From assembly GCA_035526015.1 (NCBI GenBank), contig DATLDH010000108.1, positions 1 to 52,714 on the forward strand: a stretch of 52,714 nt of DNA. The letters are read 5' to 3'. This document shows, piece by piece, positions 25,821 through 34,415 of the stretch; positions within the stretch are counted from its first letter, which is position 1, and each line of letters starts with the position of its first letter. The notes beneath the pieces were generated by a model. The model was not told the origin of the DNA, made no database searches, and saw only the letters and a program-made list of their open reading frames with translations. The position numbers and the translations under genes are program-made. This stretch comes from Acidimicrobiales bacterium. GTDB lineage: Bacteria; Actinomycetota; Acidimicrobiia; Acidimicrobiales; DATLDH01.

Positions 25821-26654
25821 GTGAAGTACGGGTTCGTCTTCCCGGGCGGCACGGCGCTCGAGCAGATCGAGCTGGCCGAGGCCGCCGACTCTCATGGCTG
25901 GGACGGCGTGTTCGTGTGGGAGGCGGCCTACGGCGTCGACGCGTGGAGCCTGCTCACGGCGATGGCCATGCGGACGACGCGCGTCAAGCTCGGCACGATG
26001 CTGACGCCGCTGCCGTGGCGTCGTCCCTGGAAGCTCGCCAGCCAGGTGCTCACGCTCGACGAGGTCTCGGGCGGGCGCGCCATCCTCACGGTCGGGCTCG
26101 GAGCCGTCGACGATGCGCTGGGCACGACCGACGAGGTCACCGACCGGCGCACGAGGGCAGAGCTGCTCGACGAGGGCATCGACCTCATCGCCGGCCTGTG
26201 GGAGGGGCGGCTCGCCTACGAGGGCACGCACCACCGCGTCGACCTCACGGCGCGGGAGCAGCTGTTTCCGCTGCCCCGACCGGTGAGCGACCCGCGCCCG
26301 CCCATCTGGGTCGTCGGCGCCTGGCCGCGGGACCGGTCGATGCAACGGGTCCTGCGGTGCGACGGCCTGGTCCCGAACGTGTTCGGCGAGAACGGGATAC
26401 GAACGGCGACGCCGGCCGACCTGGCCGACATGCGCGCCTGGCTCGTCGAGCACGGCGCGCCGCAGGTCGACATCGTGATGGAGGGGGACACGCCGGCGGA
26501 CGACGCCGCGGGCGCAGCGGACACGGTCGCCCGGTGGGCCGACGCCGGTGCGACATGGTGGCTCGAGAGCCGGTGGGTCCTCCCCGAGGGCGAGACGCGC
26601 GACGCAGTCGAGGTCGTGCGGGAGCGACTGGTGGCGGGCCCGCCGCGTCGCTAG
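25821..26654 (+). CDS. LLM-class (luciferase-like) flavin/F420-dependent oxidoreductase
   Basis: Contains MKYGFVFPGG...ELAEAADSHGWDGVFVWE...VKLGTMLTPLPWRRPWKLASQVLTLDEVSGGRAILTVGLG. Confidence 0.88.
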   Translation: MKYGFVFPGGTALEQIELAEAADSHGWDGVFVWEAAYGVDAWSLLTAMAMRTTRVKLGTMLTPLPWRRPWKLASQVLTLDEVSGGRAILTVGLGAVDDALGTTDEVTDRRTRAELLDEGIDLIAGLWEGRLAYEGTHHRVDLTAREQLFPLPRPVSDPRPPIWVVGAWPRDRSMQRVLRCDGLVPNVFGENGIRTATPADLADMRAWLVEHGAPQVDIVMEGDTPADDAAGAADTVARWADAGATWWLESRWVLPEGETRDAVEVVRERLVAGPPRR

Positions 26655-27253
26655 ACGTCGGGAATCGGCTCGCCCCGGACCGACGACACCGGCACCACGC
26701 CGGCCCACACGTCGAGGCCCATGTCCTCGGGGTCGTCGATGGGCGGGCCGGTGCGGACCTTGGCCGATGCCTCGTCGATCGGCATCGCCAACACGAGGGT
26801 GGTCGTCACCTCGGTCGCGTTCGGTCGGCGCGCCACGTCCCACCGCCCCGGGACGACGTGGTTGGTGACGGCTTCGAGGGCTCGCAGCTTCTCGTCGCGG
26901 TCGACGACCTCGCGTGCCACGCCGTGCACCACGACCGACCGGTAGTTCATGGAGTGGTGGAACGCGGAGCGGGCCAGCACCAGGCCGTCGAGGATGGTCA
27001 CGGTCAGGCACGCGGGCACGCCCTCCCGCAGGGTGCGCAGCATGCGGCTCGCCACCGAGCCGTGCAGGTAGACGGTGTCGTCGATGCGGGCGTGGATGGT
27101 CGGGATCACCCGCGGCGCGCCGTCCACCACGAAGCCCACGTGACAGATGAGGGCCTCGTCGATGATGGCGTGGATGGTGGCGCGGTCGTAGTCGGCGCGC
27201 TGCGCCCGCCGCCGGACGCGGGCGCGATCGGACGGGGCGGTCGGCTCGGCCAT
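26651..27253 (-). CDS. Pyridoxamine 5'-phosphate oxidase family protein
   Basis: Starts MAEPTAPSDRARVRRRAQRADYDRATIHAIIDEALICHVGFV at ATG 27253. Also contains YLHGSVASRMLR and MNYRSVVVHG. Confidence 0.88.
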   Translation of the reverse strand: MAEPTAPSDRARVRRRAQRADYDRATIHAIIDEALICHVGFVVDGAPRVIPTIHARIDDTVYLHGSVASRMLRTLREGVPACLTVTILDGLVLARSAFHHSMNYRSVVVHGVAREVVDRDEKLRALEAVTNHVVPGRWDVARRPNATEVTTTLVLAMPIDEASAKVRTGPPIDDPEDMGLDVWAGVVPVSSVRGEPIPDV

Positions 27254-27267
27254 GCCGCAGTCTCCCC

Positions 27268-27921
27268 TCAGTGAGGGTGGGTGGCTTCGGGAATTACCGC
27301 CGGCACATAGCCCGGTGGCGACTTCGGCAGCCCGGCCTGGTCGCGGGCCAAGCCCATCTCGATGATCTCCGACCGCTGGTTCCGCGCCATCAGCCCGGCC
27401 AGGTCGCGCACCCACGCCTCGGACCCGCTCTCCGCCGCGTGCTCGGCCATGTGGATGCCCCCGCGGTGGTGGTCCTGCATCAGCGGCACGAACAGCGCGT
27501 CGGCCGTCGCGCCCTGCGCATCCTCGAGGAGCTCGAGCTCCTGCGCGCTGGCCATCCCGGGCATCGAGTCGGGGGGCACCGCCGTGCCCATCCAGGCCAT
27601 GGCCCGAGCCGGTGGGTCGTCGCGCTCGTAGCCCCAGTGCTCGAGCTGCCGTTGCATCTGGCCGATCTCATAGGACTGGAAGAGGATGATCTCGCGGGCG
27701 AAGTTGCGGATGTTCGGGTTCGTCCCGTGCCGCACCTCGGCGTTGGCCATGGTGAGGGCCTGCTCGTGGTGCCCGATCATGTCGTAGAGGAACCCGACGT
27801 CCACCGACGACCGTGAGGGCGCCGTGTCACCACGCGCGCCGAAGGCATAGCCGCCGGCGCCGGCGAGGAACAGCAGGGCCACGGCCAGGACCGCGGCCGG
27901 GCCACGGGGCGCGTCGCTCAT
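27268..27921 (-). CDS. DUF305 domain protein (exported)
   Basis: A TM/signal segment is followed by two DUF305 half-repeats: FLYDMIGHHEQALTMA and FVPLMQDHHRGGIHMAEH. Confidence 0.88.
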   Translation of the reverse strand: MSDAPRGPAAVLAVALLFLAGAGGYAFGARGDTAPSRSSVDVGFLYDMIGHHEQALTMANAEVRHGTNPNIRNFAREIILFQSYEIGQMQRQLEHWGYERDDPPARAMAWMGTAVPPDSMPGMASAQELELLEDAQGATADALFVPLMQDHHRGGIHMAEHAAESGSEAWVRDLAGLMARNQRSEIIEMGLARDQAGLPKSPPGYVPAVIPEATHPH

Positions 27922-27977
27922 GGCGAGAGCTTCGCACCGGTAGCCTTGGGGGCGCAGCGCGACTGGGGAGGAAGACG

Positions 27978-28388
27978 ATGCGCAGGTTCACTTTGGTGCT
28001 GGCCGTGGTGGCGGTCCTTGCCGGGACCCCGGCCCTGGCCAAGGGTCCGAGTGGCTCCACCGAGTCCAAGGACAACCAGGTCAAGTGCAACCACGACGTC
28101 GGCCCCTCCAACGGCGGGGTCAATGTCTACGGCAGTGGCGCCGGGGTGTTCCTCGGCCCGACCGGTGCCGAGGTCTGCTCCGACAACGACGACAACGTGG
28201 ACGGACGCGCCATCGTGTCGAGTGAGGGGTATGTGTCCATCGACGGTGACAGGACCAACAGCCAGAAGGAGGGCACGAGCTGGGCGCGCATCGACACCGG
28301 CGGCCCCTCGTGCGGTGACACCACCGACAACCCCAAGACCGAGAAGGACAACGACGCCACCCTCGACCAGGGCTCGGCCTGCCCCTGA
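27978..28388 (+). CDS. Small secreted Asp/Gly-rich protein with 4 Cys
   Basis: A ggggaggaag RBS precedes the start. The signal peptide is MRRFTLVLAVVAVLAGTPALA. Cys residues occur in KCNHD, EVCSDNDDNVDG, PSCGD and SACP. I recognise no domain. Confidence 0.65.
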   Translation: MRRFTLVLAVVAVLAGTPALAKGPSGSTESKDNQVKCNHDVGPSNGGVNVYGSGAGVFLGPTGAEVCSDNDDNVDGRAIVSSEGYVSIDGDRTNSQKEGTSWARIDTGGPSCGDTTDNPKTEKDNDATLDQGSACP

Positions 28389-28407
28389 CCCCGAGTGCCG
28401 GCGGACC

Positions 28408-29223
28408 TCAGCAGCAGGTGGTCGTGACCTTCGGCCCTTCGCCGATGACGCGGCCGTTCGCATCGAGAGCTCGCACGCCGTAGGAGTAGGTGCCACCGGG
28501 GGCGACGTCGCCGTCGAAGAAGCGGGTCACGCTCCGGTCCCGCGTCGTGAACACCACGCGAGGCGGGTTGCCCCCGGTTGCCTTGTGCAGTTGGTAGGAG
28601 GCGAAGGTCGGGCGTGAGCTCTGCGACCACTCGCAGGCGATGCCACTGCGGCCCTGCAGGACGATCGGTCGGCACGAGAAGCCGAGTCGTTCCGGAGGCG
28701 GTCGGGTGGTCGAGGTCGTCGACGGCCTCGGGGGCACCGTCGTGGTCGTGGGCGCGGGCGGCTTCTCTCGGGGCGGTGCCGTCGTGCCCGGCGCGACCGA
28801 CGGTTCCTGGGTGGTCGAGGTGGTCGTCGGCATTCCGAACACCCCCGGCGCCGGGGTGGAGGTGGTGGGCACGGCCCACGGGTCCGGCGGGATGGTGAAC
28901 GACGTGGTGGTGGTGGTGGGCGCGAGGGTGGTCGACGGCGCGTCGGCGGGGCCGATCGAGGTCACGCCCTGCGGGCGGGTGAGCAGCGACAGCACCACGA
29001 TCACGGAGGCGGCGATGGCCGCCATGACCGTGGCCGCACGCGCCGGCGTGAGTGCGCGTCCGGCAAGGCGTGGCGCCGGAGCCTCGTCGAGCTCGTAGGC
29101 GATCGGGATCGATCCGAGCCTGGCCGCGAGACGGTCGACGAACGCCGGGTCGGGCCCTGGCACCGGCGCCCGACCGATGGCCGAGAGCTGTTCCTCGACA
29201 CCCCGGCGAGAGGCGCGGCTCAT
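28408..29223 (-). CDS. Putative anti-sigma / membrane protein: cytoplasmic N-terminus, 1 TM, Thr/Pro linker, C-terminal Cys-framed FN3-like module
   Basis: ATGA overlap with the ECF sigma stop. The TM segment is AATVMAAIAASVIVVLSLL. The C-terminus reads FSCRP...IACEWSQSSRPTFASYQL...GGTYSYGVRALDANGRVIGEGPKVTTTCC. There is no classical zinc anti-sigma motif, so the role is inferred from position. Confidence 0.7.
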   Translation of the reverse strand: MSRASRRGVEEQLSAIGRAPVPGPDPAFVDRLAARLGSIPIAYELDEAPAPRLAGRALTPARAATVMAAIAASVIVVLSLLTRPQGVTSIGPADAPSTTLAPTTTTTSFTIPPDPWAVPTTSTPAPGVFGMPTTTSTTQEPSVAPGTTAPPREKPPAPTTTTVPPRPSTTSTTRPPPERLGFSCRPIVLQGRSGIACEWSQSSRPTFASYQLHKATGGNPPRVVFTTRDRSVTRFFDGDVAPGGTYSYGVRALDANGRVIGEGPKVTTTCC

Positions 29224-29819
29224 GGCCCCTCCTCGGCGACGGCCATCGCCCGCCGGAGGGCGTTGATCGCCCGGTGGACGGTCACGGCCATGACCGACCG
29301 CGAGCAGTCCATGGCCTGGGCGGCGTCTTCGTTGCTGAGCCCGCTGAAGAAGCGGAGCGCGAGTGCCTGCTGGTACCGCTGCGGCAGGGTCGAGAGCGCG
29401 TCGCGGAGGGCGTCGACGCCGGCGTCGTCAGGCCGCTCGTCGACCGTGGTCACCGGTGACCCGGTCAACGCCTGCAGGGCGGGCTGTGCCCGGGGCCGCC
29501 TGACGCGCGCCTCCCGTCGGCAGATCGACGCCAGCTCGGTGGAGGCGATGCGGAACAGCCACGGCTCGATGCCGCCGCCCTGCCACTCGAATCGGGGCAT
29601 CGCCCGCCACGCCCGCTCGAACGTGGCGGCCGTGACCTCATCGGCCAGCTGGCGTGACCCGCTCCGCCGCATCACGAAGCCGTGGATGCGGCCCACGTAA
29701 CGGCGGTAGATGGCCTCGAAGGCGCGCGGGTCGGTGCGGGCGCGCAGCGCGAGAGCGTGGACATCGTCGTCGTCCGTCCTCCCACCGGTCGCCACCAGCA
29801 GCGAGTCTGGCGCGGGCAC
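29220..29819 (-). CDS. ECF-type sigma-70 family RNA polymerase sigma factor
   Basis: Region 2: FEAIYRRYVGRIHGFVMRR...ADEVTAATFERAW, WLFRIA. Region 4: LPQRYQQALALRFFSGLSNEDAAQAMDCSRSVMAVTVHRAINALR. Confidence 0.9.
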   Translation of the reverse strand: MPAPDSLLVATGGRTDDDDVHALALRARTDPRAFEAIYRRYVGRIHGFVMRRSGSRQLADEVTAATFERAWRAMPRFEWQGGGIEPWLFRIASTELASICRREARVRRPRAQPALQALTGSPVTTVDERPDDAGVDALRDALSTLPQRYQQALALRFFSGLSNEDAAQAMDCSRSVMAVTVHRAINALRRAMAVAEEGP

Positions 29820-29828
29820 TGACGACGT

Positions 29829-30698
29829 TCAGGCCGCAGGGGCATTCTCGCCAGACGGGCAGCACGTGACCCGCACCGGTTCGCTCCTGGCGATCACCCG
29901 GCCGTCGCCGTCCATGACCTGGACCGCGTACGCGTAGGAGTGGCCATCCTCGACCGTGCGGTCGAGGTGGAAGGTCCGGTCCCGGTCGGTGATGCTGGCC
30001 AGGACGGCGGGCTCGGCGTCAGCGGATTTGCGCATGACGCGGTAGGCGGCGAACCCGGGGGCGTCGCTCCTGTCCCACCTGCACGTCACGCCAGGCTGGC
30101 CCTCCGGCCGTCCGGCGATGCAGGCGAGACGCAGCGCAGCGTGCTCGGCCTCCGGCGGCGGATCCGACGGGCGCACGCCCACGGGCTCGCTCGCCGCGAT
30201 CACGGCACCGTTCGCATCGCGGACGGTGAGGCGGTACATCCAGCCGTGGTCTCCGGTCGCGGTGCCGTCCACGAAGCTCGACGTGCTCCGGTCCGGGGAC
30301 TCGAACACCGTCACCGGCTCGCCGTGGCGCTTCTCGCCCGACGGGGTCCGCTCGACGGCGGCACGCTGGAGACGGTAGGACGCGAAGGCGGGGTCGTCCG
30401 AGGGCGCCCAGCGGCAGGTGACGGTGGAGGTGGAGTCGGTGCGGGCGCAGGCGAGACGAGTCTCCTGCGGCCGCTTCTCCTCCCGCTTGGGCTCGGGTCG
30501 CTTCTCCTCCCGCTTGGGCTCCGGCCGCTTGGCGCCGGGACGGGGCTTGGCCTTGAAATGGGCGCGCTTGGCGTGGTGGTGGCGGGACCTGGTCCCGGCC
30601 GATCGCTCGGCGGCGGCCGGCAGGGTGGCGACGGCCAGAACGGCGGCCAGCGCCATGGAGGCGATCAGGGCGAGGACGGAACGGGGGTGTCGTTGCAT
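29829..30698 (-). CDS. Secreted protein with a basic KRPEPKREE repeat and two copies of the Cys-framed FN3-like module
   Basis: An aaggag RBS precedes the ATG at 30698. The signal peptide is MQRHPRSVLALIASMALAAVLAVATLPAAA. The modules read LACARTD..VTCRWAPSDDPAFASYRL.. and LACIAGR..VTCRWDRSDAPGFAAYRV..HSYAYAVQVMDGDGRVIARSEPVRVTCC. Confidence 0.7.
   Translation of the reverse strand: MQRHPRSVLALIASMALAAVLAVATLPAAAERSAGTRSRHHHAKRAHFKAKPRPGAKRPEPKREEKRPEPKREEKRPQETRLACARTDSTSTVTCRWAPSDDPAFASYRLQRAAVERTPSGEKRHGEPVTVFESPDRSTSSFVDGTATGDHGWMYRLTVRDANGAVIAASEPVGVRPSDPPPEAEHAALRLACIAGRPEGQPGVTCRWDRSDAPGFAAYRVMRKSADAEPAVLASITDRDRTFHLDRTVEDGHSYAYAVQVMDGDGRVIARSEPVRVTCCPSGENAPAA
30482..30542. repeat. 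In-frame 27-nt tandem repeat (2.3 copies) encoding KRPEPKREE
   Basis: Unit 30482-30508 matches unit 30509-30535 at 25 of 27 positions. A partial third unit extends to 30542. Confidence 0.85.
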
Positions 30699-30797
30699 GC
30701 GGCTCCTTCGGTCGTAACCGGATCGCCTCCGGTCTCTACGACTCCAATGCCGTGCCCGGCGGCCGATGTCACCCCGAGCGGGACTGACCACGCTGCG

Positions 30798-31364
30798 TCA
30801 GTTCGAGCGCGGCTCGTCCGGAAAGTTCGCGAGCGCCGGCGTCAGGCCCGGCTGGCGGCGGATGACGGTGCGCCACAGGTCGTGCGGGGTGGGCGTGCAG
30901 GCATCGTCCTCCTCGGCGTCGGCGACGATCCATCCGCCCATGCGCAGCTCGTTCTCCAGCTGGCCGGCGCCCCACCCGGAGTAGCCGGAGAAGATCCGGA
31001 CCCAGTCGATCGGGGTGGCCAACGCCTCGGGCGGGCGGCCGAGGTCGACCGTGCCGAGGCGGCCGTCGACGGGAGTCCACTCGTCGTCGCCGCCGACGGT
31101 CCCTCCGACGTGGGCCAGGCCGATGGCGGACCGGGGTGACACCGGGCCACCGACGAACACCACTGCGGGGTCGGCGGCCAGGCGGTGCCACCCGCCGACG
31201 GTGTCGGCCACCTCCAGCGTGCTGGGACGGTTGAGGACCACGCCCACCGCGCCGGTGTCGGTGTGCTCGAGCATGAGCACCACGGTGTGCTCGAAGGTCG
31301 CCTCGGTCAGCTGCGGTGATGCAACCAGCAGTCGGCCCCGAAGGCTCGGCTCGGCCTCAGCCAT
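30798..31364 (-). CDS. YqgE/AlgH family protein (UPF0301)
   Basis: Contains LRGRLLVASPQLTEATFEHTVVLMLEHTDTGAVGVVLNRP and FSGYSGWGAGQLENE. Confidence 0.9.
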   Translation of the reverse strand: MAEAEPSLRGRLLVASPQLTEATFEHTVVLMLEHTDTGAVGVVLNRPSTLEVADTVGGWHRLAADPAVVFVGGPVSPRSAIGLAHVGGTVGGDDEWTPVDGRLGTVDLGRPPEALATPIDWVRIFSGYSGWGAGQLENELRMGGWIVADAEEDDACTPTPHDLWRTVIRRQPGLTPALANFPDEPRSN

Positions 31365-31383
31365 CGGGTCTTAACCTATCGCC

Positions 31384-32919
31384 GTGGCCACACCTGATCA
31401 GTCGCCGTGGTGGAAGTCGGCCGTCGCGTACCAGATCTACCCGCGGAGCTTCTGCGACACGAACGGCGACGGCATCGGCGACCTCGAGGGCGTGCGCCGC
31501 CATCTCGACCATCTGGTGTGGCTCGGTGTCGACGCCATCTGGCTGTCACCGTTCTTCCGATCGCCCATGGCCGACTACGGCTACGACGTGGCCGACTACT
31601 GCGACGTCGACCCGCTGTTCGGCGACCTCGCCGCGTTCGACCGCGTGCTGGCGGAGTCCCACGAGCGCGGGCTGAAGGTGCTGATCGACTGGGTGCCGAA
31701 CCACAGCTCCGACCAGCACCCGTGGTTCGTGGACTCGCGGTCGTCGCGCGAGTCACCGAAGCGCGACTGGTACATCTGGCGCGACGGCAGGCCCGACATG
31801 CCGCCCAACAACTGGCGGGGCGCATTCATCGACGGCCCGGCGTGGACATGGGACGAGGCAACTGAGCAGTGGTACCTGCACCTGTTCCTGCCGCAGCAGC
31901 CGGATCTCAACTGGGCCAACCCGGATGTCGAGGCGGCCATGCACGACACGTTGCGGTTCTGGCTCGACCGCGGCGTGGACGGGTTCCGCATGGATGTCAT
32001 CCACTTCATCGGCAAGCACCCCGACCTGCCCGACAACCCCGAGGACTTCGGGTTCTCGATGGTGCCCCACGACTCGACCCACGCCATGCTCCGCCGCATC
32101 CGGGCCGTGCTCGATTCCTATGACGGTGACCGCACCTCGGTGGGCGAGGTGTACATCCTGTCGACGGCCAAGGTGGCCGAGTACTACGGCGATGACGACG
32201 AGCTGCACATGGCCTTCAACTTCCCTCCGCTGTACGCGCCGTGGGACGCCGACGCCTGGCGCAAGCGGGTGCGGCGGACGGCCGAGGAGCTCGACCCGCG
32301 TGACGCGTGGCCCACTTGGGTGCTGTCGAACCACGACAACCCGCGCCACCGCACCCGCTACGGCACCGAGGCGCGCGCCCGGGCCGCGGCGGTGATGTTG
32401 CTGACGCTGCGGGGTACGCCGTTCCTCTACGCCGGTGAGGAGCTCGGCCTGGAGGACGCCGTGATCGCGGCGGGGGAGGAGCTCGACCCGGGCGGCCGCG
32501 ACGGCTGCCGGGCACCAGTGCCCTGGACGGCGGAGCCCGACCACGGGTGGGGGGTCGAGCGTGGCTGGCTCCCGTGGCCGCCGGACGCGACGACGCGGAA
32601 CGGGGCGACCCTCCGCGACGACGCGGCGTCGATCCTGTGGCTCTATCGCCGGGCGCTGGCGGCCCGGCGCGGGTCGCCGGCGTTGCAGCTCGGCGACTGG
32701 ACCGACCTCGGGCTGCCATCACCGATCCTCGCCTACCGGCGCTCGCTCGGCGAGGACGAACGGGTCGTGCTCGTGAACTTCAGCGACGCCGCTGTCGCTG
32801 CCGCGGTGGAGGGCGACTGGTCGATCGAGGTGTCCTCGGTCGGCGCCGGCGACCGGGAGGGCCGGCCCTACGACGGCCGGCTCGTCCCCGACGAGGCCCT
32901 GATCCTGCACCCCTCCTGA
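31384..32919 (+). CDS. GH13 alpha-glucosidase / oligo-1,6-glucosidase-like alpha-amylase family protein
   Basis: Contains WWKSAVAYQIYPRSFCDTNGDGIGDL, DWVPNHSS, GFRMDVIH, VGEV and LSNHDNPR. Confidence 0.93.
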   Translation: MATPDQSPWWKSAVAYQIYPRSFCDTNGDGIGDLEGVRRHLDHLVWLGVDAIWLSPFFRSPMADYGYDVADYCDVDPLFGDLAAFDRVLAESHERGLKVLIDWVPNHSSDQHPWFVDSRSSRESPKRDWYIWRDGRPDMPPNNWRGAFIDGPAWTWDEATEQWYLHLFLPQQPDLNWANPDVEAAMHDTLRFWLDRGVDGFRMDVIHFIGKHPDLPDNPEDFGFSMVPHDSTHAMLRRIRAVLDSYDGDRTSVGEVYILSTAKVAEYYGDDDELHMAFNFPPLYAPWDADAWRKRVRRTAEELDPRDAWPTWVLSNHDNPRHRTRYGTEARARAAAVMLLTLRGTPFLYAGEELGLEDAVIAAGEELDPGGRDGCRAPVPWTAEPDHGWGVERGWLPWPPDATTRNGATLRDDAASILWLYRRALAARRGSPALQLGDWTDLGLPSPILAYRRSLGEDERVVLVNFSDAAVAAAVEGDWSIEVSSVGAGDREGRPYDGRLVPDEALILHPS

Positions 32920-33002
32920 GCCTCTTCGGCGAACAAGTGCATTGCACCCGTGTGACGTACGGCTTTCATGCACGAGTTCGGGTCGGATCCGCCCGTCCTG
33001 CT

Positions 33003-33008
33003 TAGAGT
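33003..33008 (+). promoter_or_regulatory. -10-like TAGAGT box 7 nt upstream of the ATG at 33016 (suggests a leaderless transcript)
   Basis: cttagagtgcgctgcATG. There is no Shine-Dalgarno sequence. The same TAGAGTGC occurs at 47990. Confidence 0.3.
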
Positions 33009-33015
33009 GCGCTGC

Positions 33016-33909
33016 ATGGAGATCTCTCTCGGTGCGGGTGGGGCGACGCTGGATCAGGTGGTGGACCAGGCCCGGGCGGCGGCGGACGACGGGTTCGCCG
33101 GCGTGTACCTGGCCAACATCTTCGGCCTCGACGCCATGACGGCATGCGCCGTCGTGGGCCGGGAGGTGCCTGGCATCCAGCTCGGGACCGCCGTGGTGCC
33201 GACCTACCCGCGCCATCCGCATGCCATGGCCCAGCAGGCGGCCACCACGCACGCCGCGTGTGGCGGGCGATTCGTGCTCGGCATCGGCCTTTCGCATCAG
33301 ATCGTGATCGAGTCGATGTTCGGGATGTCGTTCGACAAGCCGGCCAAGCACATGCGCGAGTACCTGTCGGTGCTCATGCCGTTGCTGCGCGAGGGCAAGG
33401 TGTCGTTCGCCGGCGACGTCTACACGGTGAACGCGCCCCTGGAAGGCGTGCTCGACGATGGTCCGCCGGTCGTGCTGGCCGCCCTGGCGCCGCGCATGCT
33501 CGAGCTGGCGGGATCGATGGCCGACGGCACCGCCCTCTGGATGACGGGCCCGAAGACGATCGCCGACCACATCGTGCCGTCCATCACCAAGGCGGCCGAC
33601 AACGCCGGGCGCCCGGCTCCGCAGATCCATGCCGCCCTCCCGGTCTGCGTGACCAACGACGCCGACGCCGCCCGCACGACCGCCGCGAAGGAGTTCGCCG
33701 TCTACGGCACCCTCCCGTCCTATAGGGCCATGCTCGACAAGGAGGGCGCCGACGGGCCCGCCGACGTGGCCATCGTGGGCGACGAGGCGACCGTGCAGGC
33801 CGGCGTCAACCGCCTGCGGGATGCCGGCGTCACCAACTTCGCGGCCGGCATCTTCGGCAGCGACGAGGAGCGGGCCGCCACCAAGGCCGCCCTCAAGGCG
33901 CTTCTGTAG
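33016..33909 (+). CDS. F420-dependent LLM-class oxidoreductase
   Basis: Starts MEISLGAGGATLDQVVDQARAAADDGFAGVYLANIFGLDA. Also contains LGTAVVPTYPRHP, FVLGIGLSHQ and a C-terminal DAGVTNF. Confidence 0.88.
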   Translation: MEISLGAGGATLDQVVDQARAAADDGFAGVYLANIFGLDAMTACAVVGREVPGIQLGTAVVPTYPRHPHAMAQQAATTHAACGGRFVLGIGLSHQIVIESMFGMSFDKPAKHMREYLSVLMPLLREGKVSFAGDVYTVNAPLEGVLDDGPPVVLAALAPRMLELAGSMADGTALWMTGPKTIADHIVPSITKAADNAGRPAPQIHAALPVCVTNDADAARTTAAKEFAVYGTLPSYRAMLDKEGADGPADVAIVGDEATVQAGVNRLRDAGVTNFAAGIFGSDEERAATKAALKALL

Positions 33910-33920
33910 CCTCGGCCGCC

Positions 33921-34415
33921 ATGAAGTGCGAGGAGTGCGGGTTCGTGTACGAGGACGTGCCCGGTGGGGAGATCGCCGAGCGGCTCCTGACGTTCCCGGC
34001 GCTGGTCCGGGCCGCACTGGCCGCCATCCCCGCCGACCGCATCCGTCAGCGCCCCGAGCCGGCGACCTGGTCGCCACTCGAATACACGTGTCATCTGCGC
34101 GATGCCTTCCTGGCCCAGCGGGAGCGTGCTGTCGTCGCGCTCGTCGAGGACGGCCCGCGGTTCACCCGTATCTACCGCGACGAGCGGGTCGACCTCACCG
34201 GTTACGACGAGGACGACGTCGACAGCGCGCTGGCCGGGCTGGATGTCGGTGCCACTCTGCTGGCCAGGACGTACCGGCGCATGACGACCGAGCAGATGCA
34301 GCGGCCGTGTGATTACAACCTGCCCCACGCCGGCCTCGTCGACCTCACCTGGGTCGGTCGCCACAGCGTCCACGAGGGCGAGCACCATCTCCTCGACATC
34401 CGGAGGCAGTCGTGA
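33921..34415 (+). CDS. DinB family protein
   Basis: Has the N-terminal CEECGF knuckle, WSPLEYTCHLRD, and a C-terminal HSVHEGEHHLLDI. Confidence 0.85.
   Translation: MKCEECGFVYEDVPGGEIAERLLTFPALVRAALAAIPADRIRQRPEPATWSPLEYTCHLRDAFLAQRERAVVALVEDGPRFTRIYRDERVDLTGYDEDDVDSALAGLDVGATLLARTYRRMTTEQMQRPCDYNLPHAGLVDLTWVGRHSVHEGEHHLLDIRRQS

Noticed and set aside
32937-32947. An 11-bp palindrome gtgcattgcac between the GH13 and F420-LLM genes, and a 6-bp inverted repeat tcacct/aggtga at 1992-2010 upstream of the pirin gene
   Set aside because: These are short, single-copy palindromes that could be operators or weak terminators. They fall below what I can distinguish from chance without comparative data.
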